Part shown: positions 19,667 to 29,348 of the stretch, in pieces
How the letters are laid out: each line of letters begins with the position of its first letter
Position numbering within the stretch: position 1 is the first letter of the stretch
NCBI GenBank assembly: GCA_014729085.1
Contig: WJKM01000016.1
Span: forward strand, 36,598 to 100,597
DNA length: 64,000 nucleotides
Direction of reading: 5' to 3'
From: Candidatus Dojkabacteria bacterium
GTDB taxonomy: Bacteria > Patescibacteriota > Dojkabacteria > B142 > WJKM01
Program-made: the position numbers and the translations under genes
Notes under the pieces: model-generated
What the model was told of the DNA's origin: nothing
Databases searched by the model: none
Seen by the model: the letters and a program-made list of their open reading frames with translations, nothing else

Positions 19667-20455
19667 CTATTGTTTATCCTGGTAATTTTTTAATTCGTTT
19701 TTAAGATCCTCATATTTTTTTGCATTATCAATAGCGGTAGCAAGAGTATCTGTAAATATCTCTAAAATCTTATATTCAGCTTGAAAATCATCAATATAAT
19801 TTTTACCAAAATAAATGGCACCTAAACTATTGCCATTCCTAGAAATTATTGGAAAAATTATTCCCGATTTTACAGTAGAGACTTTTTCTAGTAGTTTGGA
19901 GACTCTAGGAGTAACAAAAGGGACTGCTATATCACTTAAATCAGTAGAAAGAAAAGTGCGTTGTTCTAATATTGCACGAATCATATAGTTTTCTTTTGCA
20001 TCTTTTATTGCTACGTTTAATTTATTAAAAGCTGTAGGCATTACTTTCATGGCAAGGGAAGTATACCAAGTTTGAGTAAAAGTTTGTCCCCATACCCTAT
20101 CTTCTTTTTTTATATCTATTAAAGCACCAAGTAAGTTTAATTCATATGCTATTTCGTTTACAGAATCTTGTAACACCTTTTCTAGACGTAAGCTACTCAT
20201 AAAATTTTTTGATACTTCAAGGATTTTTGCTAGTTTTTTTTGATTTAGATTATATAATTGTGCTATTTCTAGAGCATTTAAATCAAGACAATCAATAATT
20301 TTTAGTAATGTTTCCTTTGTAGGATTTACTTTGCCTGTTTCTATTCTACTTATGCTACCTGGAGATGCCTCAATTTCTAGCTCTAGATCCATTTGAGATA
20401 ACTTAGCTCTTTTTCTATATATTTTAATTTTTTCCCCAAGTCTGTAATTTTTCAT
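19667..20455 (-). CDS. HTH-XRE + GAF regulator (paralog 3)
   Basis: The N-terminus reads MKNYRLGEKIKIYRKRAKLSQMDLELEIEASPGSISRIETGKVNPT and is followed by a GAF-like C-terminal domain. Confidence 0.7.
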   Translation of the reverse strand: MKNYRLGEKIKIYRKRAKLSQMDLELEIEASPGSISRIETGKVNPTKETLLKIIDCLDLNALEIAQLYNLNQKKLAKILEVSKNFMSSLRLEKVLQDSVNEIAYELNLLGALIDIKKEDRVWGQTFTQTWYTSLAMKVMPTAFNKLNVAIKDAKENYMIRAILEQRTFLSTDLSDIAVPFVTPRVSKLLEKVSTVKSGIIFPIISRNGNSLGAIYFGKNYIDDFQAEYKILEIFTDTLATAIDNAKKYEDLKNELKNYQDKQ

Positions 20456-20765
20456 ATTTTAAAATAAGAATTTAACTACTTTTGCTTATAACATAAAGCC
20501 AAAACCTTCTTCATTGTATTAGAATACAAATTTAATAAATTATACTATGAGATTTACAGCTGTTTCAATATTGAACTGGTATATAGTTGCCTTGTTTTTG
20601 GGGGGTAGGGAGATGGCTTTTGTCGTAAGCTTATAATATAGGCTGGGTTTTTATTCTTCCCTTAGTAATATATATTCTGCTAAAGTGTATAGAAAATTCC
20701 AATTATGAGAAGATTTATATTTACTTTTACTTAAAGAAGTTTTCGCCTTTTGTATATAGTTTTTA
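20456..20765. repeat. ~300-bp intergenic repeat, copy B, containing the palindrome CATTGTATTagAATACAAAT at 20511..20530
   Basis: See copy A. Its distal ~110 bp also encode the C-terminal 25-30 aa of the annotated polyprenyl synthase ORF. Confidence 0.7.
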
Positions 20766-21745
20766 CACAACTTTATTGAATAATCTAATGAATTAGTTTG
20801 CTTGATTATTGTTCTAACTTTATTAGCTTCAGTTAGAGTTAAATTTTTTCTCCCATAAAGTTCATTTAAAATATTTTTTTGTTTTTTATCGGAATTTTTT
20901 AAAGCATGTAGTATTAGAAGTGTCTTCTTTCCCTCTTCTATATCAGAGTTAATCGGTTTTCCTAATTTTTCTTCATTTCCAAACATTCCAAGGATATCAT
21001 CCCTAATTTGGAAAGCAATTCCAGCATTCTTGGCGTACTCTGTAAGAATAATAAGTTCGTTTTGTTCTGCACCTCCAAGCAAGGCTCCTGTATAAATTGG
21101 GAGTTCAAACGTATAAGTAGCGGTTTTTAACTCGTGAATTTTTATTATATCTTCTTCGGTATATTTAGTTGATTTACTTGTTATCACATCAAAGATTTGT
21201 CCTGCTCCTACATCTGCAAGCTTTTTATATGCATAGTCTATAAATTTAAGTTTTAACTTTGGATCAAAGTTTGTTTCGGTTAAAAGTTGTATGGGAAATA
21301 TACTAATTAAATCACCACCTAGGATTGCTAAATTTCTACCAAAATCGGCTTGATCTTTGAAATTATATTTACTGGCTAATTTTTCATACATTTTATGAAA
21401 GGTAGGGCCCCCTCTTCTTAAATCATCATGATCTGTAATATCGTCATGAATCAGTAACCAGCTCTGTATTAATTCAATAAAAATAGATAATTTATATATA
21501 TCCTCTAGATTCTCAGAATTGAATAAATTATATGAGTTAATCATTAAAGCAGCTCTTATTCTTTTTCCTCCTCTTAAAGTATATTCTTCTAACATATTTA
21601 CCATAGTCCTTATTGGTTTTGGGTATTCTAAGAATAAATAGTTATTTTTATTAAAGAAGTTTTTTATTTCTTTATTAATTATAGATTGGAAATCTTTAAG
21701 TAGCTTGTTATTTTTCATTAATAGGTTTAAAAAAATTAACTTCAA
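20651..21745 (-). CDS. trans-polyprenyl diphosphate synthase (IspA/GGPPS family)
   Basis: LLIHDDITDHDDLRRGGPTFH is the first DDxxD motif with GxPTxH, and FQIRDDILG is the second Asp-rich motif. The C-terminal tail may be an over-extension into the repeat. Confidence 0.8.
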   Translation of the reverse strand: MKLIFLNLLMKNNKLLKDFQSIINKEIKNFFNKNNYLFLEYPKPIRTMVNMLEEYTLRGGKRIRAALMINSYNLFNSENLEDIYKLSIFIELIQSWLLIHDDITDHDDLRRGGPTFHKMYEKLASKYNFKDQADFGRNLAILGGDLISIFPIQLLTETNFDPKLKLKFIDYAYKKLADVGAGQIFDVITSKSTKYTEEDIIKIHELKTATYTFELPIYTGALLGGAEQNELIILTEYAKNAGIAFQIRDDILGMFGNEEKLGKPINSDIEEGKKTLLILHALKNSDKKQKNILNELYGRKNLTLTEANKVRTIIKQTNSLDYSIKLCKNYIQKAKTSLSKSKYKSSHNWNFLYTLAEYILLREE

Positions 21746-21799
21746 GAATATTAATTGATATACTGGATAATAATTATATTATATTTATAAAAAGATAAA

Positions 21800-22693
21800 A
21801 TGAAATCTCAAGAAGCAACTTCACAAGTAGTATCATTTTATAGGCAAAGTATTTCGCAGAATCTGAAAATCATAAAAAAGATATTAAAGACATTTGAGAT
21901 TGATGATGAACCAATAACAACAACAAGTCAAGATATTTTAACAGATTCTTCAAAACTTATCTCATCAAAGTGGCTAGAAGAAAGAAAATATTTAAGAAGT
22001 AACTTTATTCTTGAAGGATTTGGAGAATTGTATCCAACTTCAATTCTTCAGCTTTCAGTTAACATTGATGCAATGATTAATATATTAGACGACTTACTTG
22101 ATGAGAATATCAATAATGAGATCAAAACATTATATATTTTTGAATTCTTAAGAATTTTTTCTATCTACTCATATAAATCTAAGAAGATTGAAATAAATGA
22201 TTTAATGGGAAATTATATTAATAAATTGATTACTTTAGCAGTTTCAGAATCATATTATCTAAAACAAATAAAAAATAACCTAGATTTAGAATATGTTATG
22301 CAAGCATCAATTAAAACTCTGACTTTAAGATCTTTAGACATAGATGTTTTTGTAGAGTTGGTAATGCAAACTTTAGGTATATATGATAAAAATGAATTCA
22401 ATATAATTCGCATGAGTTCAAGATTATTTAGAGCGGTAAATATTTTAAAAAAAGACATTGATGATATAGATTATGATATTAAGAATGAGCAGGAAACTTT
22501 GGTGACTTATATAAAACTAACTTCAAAATTTAATTATTGTGATTATGTAACTAATTTGTGTGAATATTATATAAAACAGATGGATAACCTATCTGAGAAA
22601 TATAATTCTAAAAATAAGAGAGTAATACTTCCAATTAAAAATTTTCAACATATGTTAAATAAAGATATTAAAATTATCAAGAATAGTATTTAA
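21800..22693 (+). CDS. hypothetical all-helical protein with a DDLLDE (DDxxD/E) motif; possibly an isoprenoid-synthase-like enzyme
   Basis: The 297-aa product contains NIDAMINILDDLLDEN. It is divergently transcribed from the polyprenyl synthase. I recognise no family. Confidence 0.4.
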   Translation: MKSQEATSQVVSFYRQSISQNLKIIKKILKTFEIDDEPITTTSQDILTDSSKLISSKWLEERKYLRSNFILEGFGELYPTSILQLSVNIDAMINILDDLLDENINNEIKTLYIFEFLRIFSIYSYKSKKIEINDLMGNYINKLITLAVSESYYLKQIKNNLDLEYVMQASIKTLTLRSLDIDVFVELVMQTLGIYDKNEFNIIRMSSRLFRAVNILKKDIDDIDYDIKNEQETLVTYIKLTSKFNYCDYVTNLCEYYIKQMDNLSEKYNSKNKRVILPIKNFQHMLNKDIKIIKNSI

Positions 22694-22720
22694 AATTTAT
22701 TATATTTATATGAATTATTT

Positions 22721-25039
22721 ATGATTACTAGTTATGCATTAATAAGTAAAATTCTGGTATTTTTTATTAATGTTCTGGGTATTAGTTTAACAATCACAGT
22801 TGTTGCAAGTAGAGCAAAAAAACGCCTAAAAACAATCTTCAGTATTATGACTTTTTTAATGTTTATTTGGGTTGATTTTGCTTTTCAGGCTCGTTTAGCC
22901 GAACAATCAGAATTAGCTTTAGACTTTATACGAATTGCATGGTCAATTACCCCTTTTTTATTTATTCTGATCTATACATTTATAATTCTATTTTTAGAAC
23001 AAGAAAGAAAACATAGAATTTTAACATCTATACTTTACTTTATTGGTTTCATTTTTTTAGTTATAACTTTATTTACAGATTTTATTATTAGCGATATTTT
23101 ATTTGAAGATGGGATATTAAATATCGTTTACGGGGATTTGGTTTGGTTTTTCTTTGGTATAGTTGCCGTTCTTACAGTAATAAATTTTTATTTACTCTTT
23201 AAAGAATATAATAAAGATAAACTCAGTATTGAAAAAAAGAAAAATATTCAGTATCTCTTATGGGGTTTAACATTTTTCTTTGCTATGAATGCTATTTTTA
23301 ATATAGCATTACCGGTTTTTTTTAGAATAGTTCATTTATATGAATTTGGAGATTATTCAACCATAATATTTCTTTCAATTATTGCATTTATTATTGTCCA
23401 GAGAAATTTACTTGGAATTAAAGTGATGGGTTCAGCATTTATAGTAAGTTTTTTAGGAAGTTTTCTATTGCTTGATACATTACTTTATAGTTCATCCCTA
23501 GACCAAAGATTAAGTAAATTATTAATATTATTAATTTATGTTCCTTTTGCTTATTTCCTTATACAAAGTGTTTTGAATGAAATTAGACAACGTGAATTAT
23601 TAGCAAAAAGCAACCGAGAATTATCTGCTAGAAACCACGAACTTGATACCTTATTTAGAATTACAAATGAAATTGTGACTACCCTGGATGCAAAGGTAGT
23701 TGCACAGAGAGCATCTAATTTGGTTGCAGAGGAAATGGGATATATTGGTGCTGCAATTATTAGTAAAAATAAGACTACAACTAGAAATGAATTTTTATCG
23801 TTAACCGAACATAATGTAAGAGATAAGATATTCAATTTCATGATGGAAGAGGAGTATCAATGTAGTACTGATCATAGAAGTAAATATAAGGATATACCAA
23901 TTAATGAGAATAATTTTGTTATAAGTGAGAGTTTAGATGAAGCACTACCAATTCTAATGCCGGATGAGGATCAAGCAAAAGAGATCCAAAAATTATTGGG
24001 AATAAGACTTATTATAAATGCACCAATTAAAGTACAAAATGAAATAATTGGTCTGGTTTCATTTTTTCTGGCTAAGGAAAGTGAGGAAGAGATTACAAGC
24101 AGGGAATTCGATATGATGCAGACCTTTGCATTCCAGGTAGGCATTGGATTGGAAAATGCTAGATTGTTTAAGGAGTTAGAAGAACTTTCAAAAACGCTTG
24201 CAGAAAAGAATTTACAGTTAGAGGAATATGCCAAGAAAGAGAAAGATATTCTAGACATTATGGGCCATGAGCTTAGAACACCAATTACAATAGTCAGGAA
24301 TTCACTGGCTTTCTTAAAGACACTTGCGAAGAGGGGAGAGGTAAAACCTGGAAAATTAAATCATTATATCGATGTAGCCTTAAGATCGGCTAGAAGAGAA
24401 ATCAATATTATCGAAACAATGTTGTCCGCAACCAAGGTAGAAGGAGGTAAAATAGAAATATTTAGAACAAAGGTTGATTCCAAAGATGTAATAGATGAGG
24501 CTGTGATTGGACAACGAGAAAATATTAAGGCAAAAGATTTGGAACTTAATCTCGAGATTCCCGAAAACATTCCACCTATTTATGCAGATAGATCTAGAGT
24601 ACAGGAGATAATTGATAACTTTTTAAGCAATGCAGTTAAATATACCAAAGAGGGAAGTGTTACCATTAAAGCTGAAGAAAAAGGATCCTCGGTACAGTTT
24701 AGTATAATTGATACCGGATATGGAATGACAGACGAACAGATTGAGAGACTGGGTACAAAATTCTATAGAGTTAAACAACATGTAAACGATGACAAACAGA
24801 GACTTTATAATGTCGTAAGGCCTGGAGGGACTGGACTTGGATTATATGTTACCTTTAATTTGGTTAAATTGCATGGTGGTAAAGTTGAAGTAGAGAGTGA
24901 AGAAGGGAAGGGCTCTACTTTCAAGTTCACTATTCCTAAATATATTGGCCAGGAGTCTGAAGTTGATGATGCAAAATCTAAGGATCTACTTCAAGAATAT
25001 AGAAAGAAAAGAAAGGGAGATCAGGTTTCTGATCAGTAG
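22721..25039 (+). CDS. sensor histidine kinase (multi-TM N-terminal domain, GAF-like region, HisKA + HATPase_c)
   Basis: There are 6-7 N-terminal TM helices. The H-box is MGHELRTPIT and the N/G boxes are NAVKYT and GTGLGLYV. Confidence 0.85.
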   Translation: MITSYALISKILVFFINVLGISLTITVVASRAKKRLKTIFSIMTFLMFIWVDFAFQARLAEQSELALDFIRIAWSITPFLFILIYTFIILFLEQERKHRILTSILYFIGFIFLVITLFTDFIISDILFEDGILNIVYGDLVWFFFGIVAVLTVINFYLLFKEYNKDKLSIEKKKNIQYLLWGLTFFFAMNAIFNIALPVFFRIVHLYEFGDYSTIIFLSIIAFIIVQRNLLGIKVMGSAFIVSFLGSFLLLDTLLYSSSLDQRLSKLLILLIYVPFAYFLIQSVLNEIRQRELLAKSNRELSARNHELDTLFRITNEIVTTLDAKVVAQRASNLVAEEMGYIGAAIISKNKTTTRNEFLSLTEHNVRDKIFNFMMEEEYQCSTDHRSKYKDIPINENNFVISESLDEALPILMPDEDQAKEIQKLLGIRLIINAPIKVQNEIIGLVSFFLAKESEEEITSREFDMMQTFAFQVGIGLENARLFKELEELSKTLAEKNLQLEEYAKKEKDILDIMGHELRTPITIVRNSLAFLKTLAKRGEVKPGKLNHYIDVALRSARREINIIETMLSATKVEGGKIEIFRTKVDSKDVIDEAVIGQRENIKAKDLELNLEIPENIPPIYADRSRVQEIIDNFLSNAVKYTKEGSVTIKAEEKGSSVQFSIIDTGYGMTDEQIERLGTKFYRVKQHVNDDKQRLYNVVRPGGTGLGLYVTFNLVKLHGGKVEVESEEGKGSTFKFTIPKYIGQESEVDDAKSKDLLQEYRKKRKGDQVSDQ

Positions 25040-26451
25040 TTTTTGCCCCATTCGATCACTTCCTGTACTTTTGGGATAAGGTCGGTTGCAGAGAAATTAT
25101 AACCAATTTGTTTTCTAAGATTGTCTCCTGCTTTTCCATTGATAAAGCTTGCAGCTCTCATGGATATCCAAATATCGTTTTTAGTGATAAGCCCACCTAA
25201 GATGCCTGCTAATACATCCCCGGTACCACCTTTTGCCATGCCTTGGTTACCTGTTTTATTTAAAGCAATAGTGCCTTCTTTATGGAAAAGAACATCCGTA
25301 TGCCCTTTGAGAATAATAAAACATTCATTTTCAACTGCAAATCTTTTTACTCTTCCTTCCAGTATTTTGGGAGTATTATATTTTCTGAGATACTTGTTGT
25401 CTCCAAACATATGTCGCAGCTCTCCTCGATGGGGAGTGAGTATTTTATTCTTAAGAAGTTGTTTTTCTGAGGCAACTGAAATTGCATATGCATCTAAAAT
25501 AGTGGGTTTGTCTGGATACTTCCTAAGAAGGGAGGAAATAATAGCTTTTGTTGGTAGATTACCTTCAAGTCCGGGTCCAAATAAAAAGGCATCTGCATAA
25601 TTAGCATATTTTTCCAGATCATTATCATTTATCAAGATAAATTCATCTAATTCTGTTTTCACTTTGTTTGCAACTTCTCGATTTTCTGGATTCGTATAGA
25701 AAAAAACAGAACCTACAAGTTTGGAGGCTGCCTTCATTGCCATAAGCGGGGCTCCATGGAATTGGTGGGATCCTCCGTAAATCAAAAGCTCTCCATTTTG
25801 AGATTTGTAGGAGTTTTCTTTTGGTACTTCCAAAATTTTAATATCTCCCGGTCCTGTATAAGTCTCTGCTTCTTTGGGGATTTTAATATTAACTACTTTT
25901 GCTTTGTCTACTTTGGGATACATTAAAGATATCGCAAATTTTGGATTATATCCCGGAACAGGAACATCAACAGCTACTATATCAGTTTTTTGTTTAGTGA
26001 GTCTTACTATAACATCATGGAATCTTTTGTGGAGTTTGCCTTTAATTCCGGTACCTACCAGACACTCAACTGAGATATCTGCCTGTACAATATCTTTAGA
26101 GTAAGCATCACTTTTAAGTTTAATTACTTCATTTTCTACATATTTACTATTTGATAATTTTTTCCAGTGTTTTAACGCAGCTTTTGATTTGATTTTATTC
26201 ACTCTACCAATAAGGTAAACTCTGATTTTCTCTACATCAAGTTCAGCGAGATTACGAGCTGCTGCAAAGCCGTCTCCACCATTATTACCAAGTCCGCATA
26301 CAAAATTATAGCTTTTTGTCTTTCCATATTTTTTGCAAAGTTCCTTGGCAATACCTTTGCCGGCTTTTTCAATTAACTCTTCAATGGGAATTCCTAGATA
26401 TCTAGCATTTGTATCTAGAATTTTTGTTCTTTTAAAAGGATCCTGAATCAT
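25033..26451 (-). CDS. nnr: bifunctional NAD(P)H-hydrate epimerase/dehydratase (Nnr; YjeF_N + YjeF_C)
   Basis: CGLGNNGGDGFAAAR lies in the N-terminal domain and GTGDVLAGILGG in the C-terminal carbohydrate-kinase-like domain. Confidence 0.8.
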   Translation of the reverse strand: MIQDPFKRTKILDTNARYLGIPIEELIEKAGKGIAKELCKKYGKTKSYNFVCGLGNNGGDGFAAARNLAELDVEKIRVYLIGRVNKIKSKAALKHWKKLSNSKYVENEVIKLKSDAYSKDIVQADISVECLVGTGIKGKLHKRFHDVIVRLTKQKTDIVAVDVPVPGYNPKFAISLMYPKVDKAKVVNIKIPKEAETYTGPGDIKILEVPKENSYKSQNGELLIYGGSHQFHGAPLMAMKAASKLVGSVFFYTNPENREVANKVKTELDEFILINDNDLEKYANYADAFLFGPGLEGNLPTKAIISSLLRKYPDKPTILDAYAISVASEKQLLKNKILTPHRGELRHMFGDNKYLRKYNTPKILEGRVKRFAVENECFIILKGHTDVLFHKEGTIALNKTGNQGMAKGGTGDVLAGILGGLITKNDIWISMRAASFINGKAGDNLRKQIGYNFSATDLIPKVQEVIEWGKNY

Positions 26452-26541
26452 ATTATAAATTCTAACTTAAATTATTAGATTTAATATTTTAAGTAGAGAG
26501 TGTATCTCGAGTTTTAATTAAATTTAACAAAATGTAATAAA

Positions 26542-27486
26542 CTATTTTAAATATACTTTGGTACCAAGAAAAGGATCCCTGGAACTGAACTCTCCTTGTT
26601 CTTGAGCATTTTCATCTAAAATTCTTTGATATTGTCTCGTCTTTGAAGAGAGATTATCTACCTGAGAAACGATTATGGCTTCAATAATCATTGGTTTAAC
26701 CGGACTTCCAAATTCCTGTTCACCATGGTGTGAAAGGATTATATGCTTTAATTTTATTTTTAGAAATTCCGGAAAATCTGTATCTAAGTATTTCAGTACT
26801 AATTCGTAACCTAGTATTAGATGTCCAATCAAATTGCCTTCAATTGTACGTAAGTAAGAGATGGTATTGTCTTCTAGTTCTATGATTTTTCCAATGTCGT
26901 GCAATATTATTCCAGCTTTTACTAATGATTTGTCTGCTTCGGGATAAAAGTTGCATATAGGTTCTGCCATATCAAGCATTTCTAATACATGTTCTAATAG
27001 ACCATGTTTGTATGCATGGTGTATGCGTTCGGCAGCAGGGAAATTTTTAAATTTCGTTTTGATTTTTTCATCCTCAAATATTTTTTTTATTAAACTTTTG
27101 ATATTTTTATCTCTTATACTTGCAACGTGATCTATAAACTCCTCCCACATTTTTTTAGGATTTCTCTTCGATGCAGATATGAAATCAGATTCTTTATAAT
27201 TTTCAGCTGGCTTGGTTGATAAGATCTTAATTTGTTTTGCACCTTTATATTCCTCAACCTTACCCCAGATATTTACTATATTACCCTCTTTTAATTCAGT
27301 TTCGTTACAATTTGGAATACTGTCTTCCCAGATCATAGCTGTAATACGGCCTGTTTTATCGCCTATTTCCAATTTATAGTATTCAGAGCCACTTTTTGTA
27401 ATATTTTTTTTGGAGTCAAAAATCAAAAATGGCTCATCTGAAATCATTTGATTATTTGTTAGATCAATTGTGAATAACTTACTCAT
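26542..27486 (-). CDS. YhaM-like 3'-5' exoribonuclease (N-terminal OB fold + HD domain)
   Basis: The 314-aa length matches YhaM. The HD motif is ILHDIGK and a His cluster HHGEQEFG follows. The OB-fold-like N-terminus is present. Confidence 0.65.
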   Translation of the reverse strand: MSKLFTIDLTNNQMISDEPFLIFDSKKNITKSGSEYYKLEIGDKTGRITAMIWEDSIPNCNETELKEGNIVNIWGKVEEYKGAKQIKILSTKPAENYKESDFISASKRNPKKMWEEFIDHVASIRDKNIKSLIKKIFEDEKIKTKFKNFPAAERIHHAYKHGLLEHVLEMLDMAEPICNFYPEADKSLVKAGIILHDIGKIIELEDNTISYLRTIEGNLIGHLILGYELVLKYLDTDFPEFLKIKLKHIILSHHGEQEFGSPVKPMIIEAIIVSQVDNLSSKTRQYQRILDENAQEQGEFSSRDPFLGTKVYLK

Positions 27487-27630
27487 GTAATAATTCTATA
27501 TAAAATTAACTCTGAATATATATTATTACATTCTATGAAATTAATTTAAATAATAAAATATTAGTTCCATAGTAAAGATTTATATGTCTATGATATAATA
27601 AAGATATATCCTATATCATTAATATATATT

Positions 27631-28056
27631 ATGGAGTTATATAACAATTTTCCAATTGGGAATGATAATCATGATTTCGAAATTCCAGAAATTGAAGAAC
27701 CTCAAGATGATTATCAGATATTTTTACCATTAACAATGCAAAATCATTTTGTACCTGACATTCCTTATCCCGAAGATATTGAAAGAGATGTTATCCAAAT
27801 TGGAGTAGATGAAGATGGAGATAATGTTTTTGACCCTGTAGATATAGATGGAGACGGAGACTCTGATTTAGTATTCGATAGAGACGGAATCAATACTGTA
27901 TCAGAGATTCATAAAGTCTTAAGCGAAATTGACGATTTAGGAACAGATGAGTTTTTATATGAGATTCATTTACAATCAGGAGTATATGATTTAACTCAAA
28001 ATTCGGGTGAATTTGTAGAAACAGTTGATGTACAAAGCAAATATGACCCTGATTAA
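27631..28056 (+). CDS. acidic protein with Ca-binding-like DxDxDG motifs; probably the N-terminal part of one interrupted gene that continues at 28108
   Basis: It contains DIDGDGDSDLVFDRDG. It is in the same frame as 28108..29301, and only a single TAA at 28054..28056 separates them. The 51 nt in between are open. Confidence 0.5.
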   Translation: MELYNNFPIGNDNHDFEIPEIEEPQDDYQIFLPLTMQNHFVPDIPYPEDIERDVIQIGVDEDGDNVFDPVDIDGDGDSDLVFDRDGINTVSEIHKVLSEIDDLGTDEFLYEIHLQSGVYDLTQNSGEFVETVDVQSKYDPD

Positions 28057-28107
28057 TATGTTCAGGCAGAGGTAGCATTAAATCTTCCAGAGAATAAACA
28101 TATTAGT

Positions 28108-29301
28108 TTGGTTGGAGATAATGCATATGAACAAGGTACAGGATCATTAATATTTCCAACTACCGAATTTATTGTTGATGCAAACATTGCAGACATCGGA
28201 GTATATTCCCAAGGGGGAGATTTGAGGTTGTCTGATATTGTATTAAATTTATCAGGTTCTCCTTATGATAGAACTTTACTCATTCCAGAAGAAGAACATC
28301 TGAACTCTGCTATCTATTCGGTAGGAAGTGAGGATTATGATACGATCTTTAAAGCAGATGACATATTTATAGAAAATAATTATTTGGAGGAAAACCCTGA
28401 TGTTGTCACTGATCAAGTTTATAATGGTATAGTTACAGTTGATCACGATAATGTGTGGTTAAGTAATTCTGAAATTAAAGGAGATATGTGGGATGGTGTA
28501 TTTGCAATTCAGTCAGATAGAGTCTTGCTTGAAGATACAGACATCTTAAGATCGGATGAATCAGCTATGCTTATGGGTTGCGCAGTCGCAACTTCCAAAT
28601 ATGATAAATACCTTGAACAGGAAGGTTGGCCTACAGACTTATCAGTAATAGATTCAGAAATAGCAAATTATCAAAAGGGTATTGGTGCTTTTTCAGATGG
28701 AGAAGGGCAGAAGATGACTTTGCATAATGTGGACATTGATGTCTATGATGAAGTCCCGATGCTTTGGGTCTTTTTTAATTGGGGGTGGAGCGATACGGAA
28801 GAAACGGTGGTGTCTAATGTAAATATTAAACAAGAAGAAGAAAGCGAAATTACTCAGGGTACTTGGATTTTTGGATGGGGTGGAGATATTGCATTATTAA
28901 ATTCTGATGTGACTTATGTGACAGATGAAAATATCGAGGTGCCTAAAGCATTAAAAGCATTAATTGCTGAAGATTTAGCAGAAGAGTTGAGAATATCTAA
29001 ACGAGCCAGTGGATCTAGTCAAGTATACAAGGAATTCCTAGAGCAGTCCGAAAATACAGAGGCAGAAGAAGGTTTCCCCAATTATAATTTTATAACTTTT
29101 CACATTCCAGAAGAAAATCAAGACTCTCCATTTAATAGATTGGTGATTAACGTTCGAAATATTGATGATATCACTGCAGAAAAATTTGGAAATTTAAGAA
29201 ATCCAGAGAATCCTGATGAAGCTTTAAAAGGGGTAACATTTGTTAACTTGATAACTGGGAAACAAATCGAAAATCCTTTTCAAAATGTAGAAGAAGAATA
29301 A
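28108..29301 (+). CDS. acidic hypothetical protein (possibly beta-helix-like); probably the C-terminal part of the interrupted gene
   Basis: See 27631..28056. Its composition is D/E-rich, like the upstream ORF. Confidence 0.5.
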   Translation: MVGDNAYEQGTGSLIFPTTEFIVDANIADIGVYSQGGDLRLSDIVLNLSGSPYDRTLLIPEEEHLNSAIYSVGSEDYDTIFKADDIFIENNYLEENPDVVTDQVYNGIVTVDHDNVWLSNSEIKGDMWDGVFAIQSDRVLLEDTDILRSDESAMLMGCAVATSKYDKYLEQEGWPTDLSVIDSEIANYQKGIGAFSDGEGQKMTLHNVDIDVYDEVPMLWVFFNWGWSDTEETVVSNVNIKQEEESEITQGTWIFGWGGDIALLNSDVTYVTDENIEVPKALKALIAEDLAEELRISKRASGSSQVYKEFLEQSENTEAEEGFPNYNFITFHIPEENQDSPFNRLVINVRNIDDITAEKFGNLRNPENPDEALKGVTFVNLITGKQIENPFQNVEEE

Positions 29302-29348
29302 ATAAAAAAGGAGCAACCTACATTTAGTAAACTGCTCCTTAAATCCAG

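Noticed and set aside
21800-25039. The hypothetical 21800..22693 and the histidine kinase 22721..25039 are in the same frame, separated by one TAA, so readthrough or fusion was considered.
   Set aside because: The kinase has its own ATG followed immediately by TM helices, and the upstream protein looks like a complete soluble domain. This is most likely coincidental (a 1 in 3 chance of frame identity over a 27-nt gap).
1284-25600. Numerous 60-160-aa ORFs lie antisense or internal to large conserved genes (for example 1284..1490, 5543..5872, 9361..9661, 11200..11481, 15638..15823, 23551..24570, 25121..25600).
   Set aside because: They overlap well-supported genes on the other strand or in another frame, and their composition is low-complexity. 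They are treated as noise.
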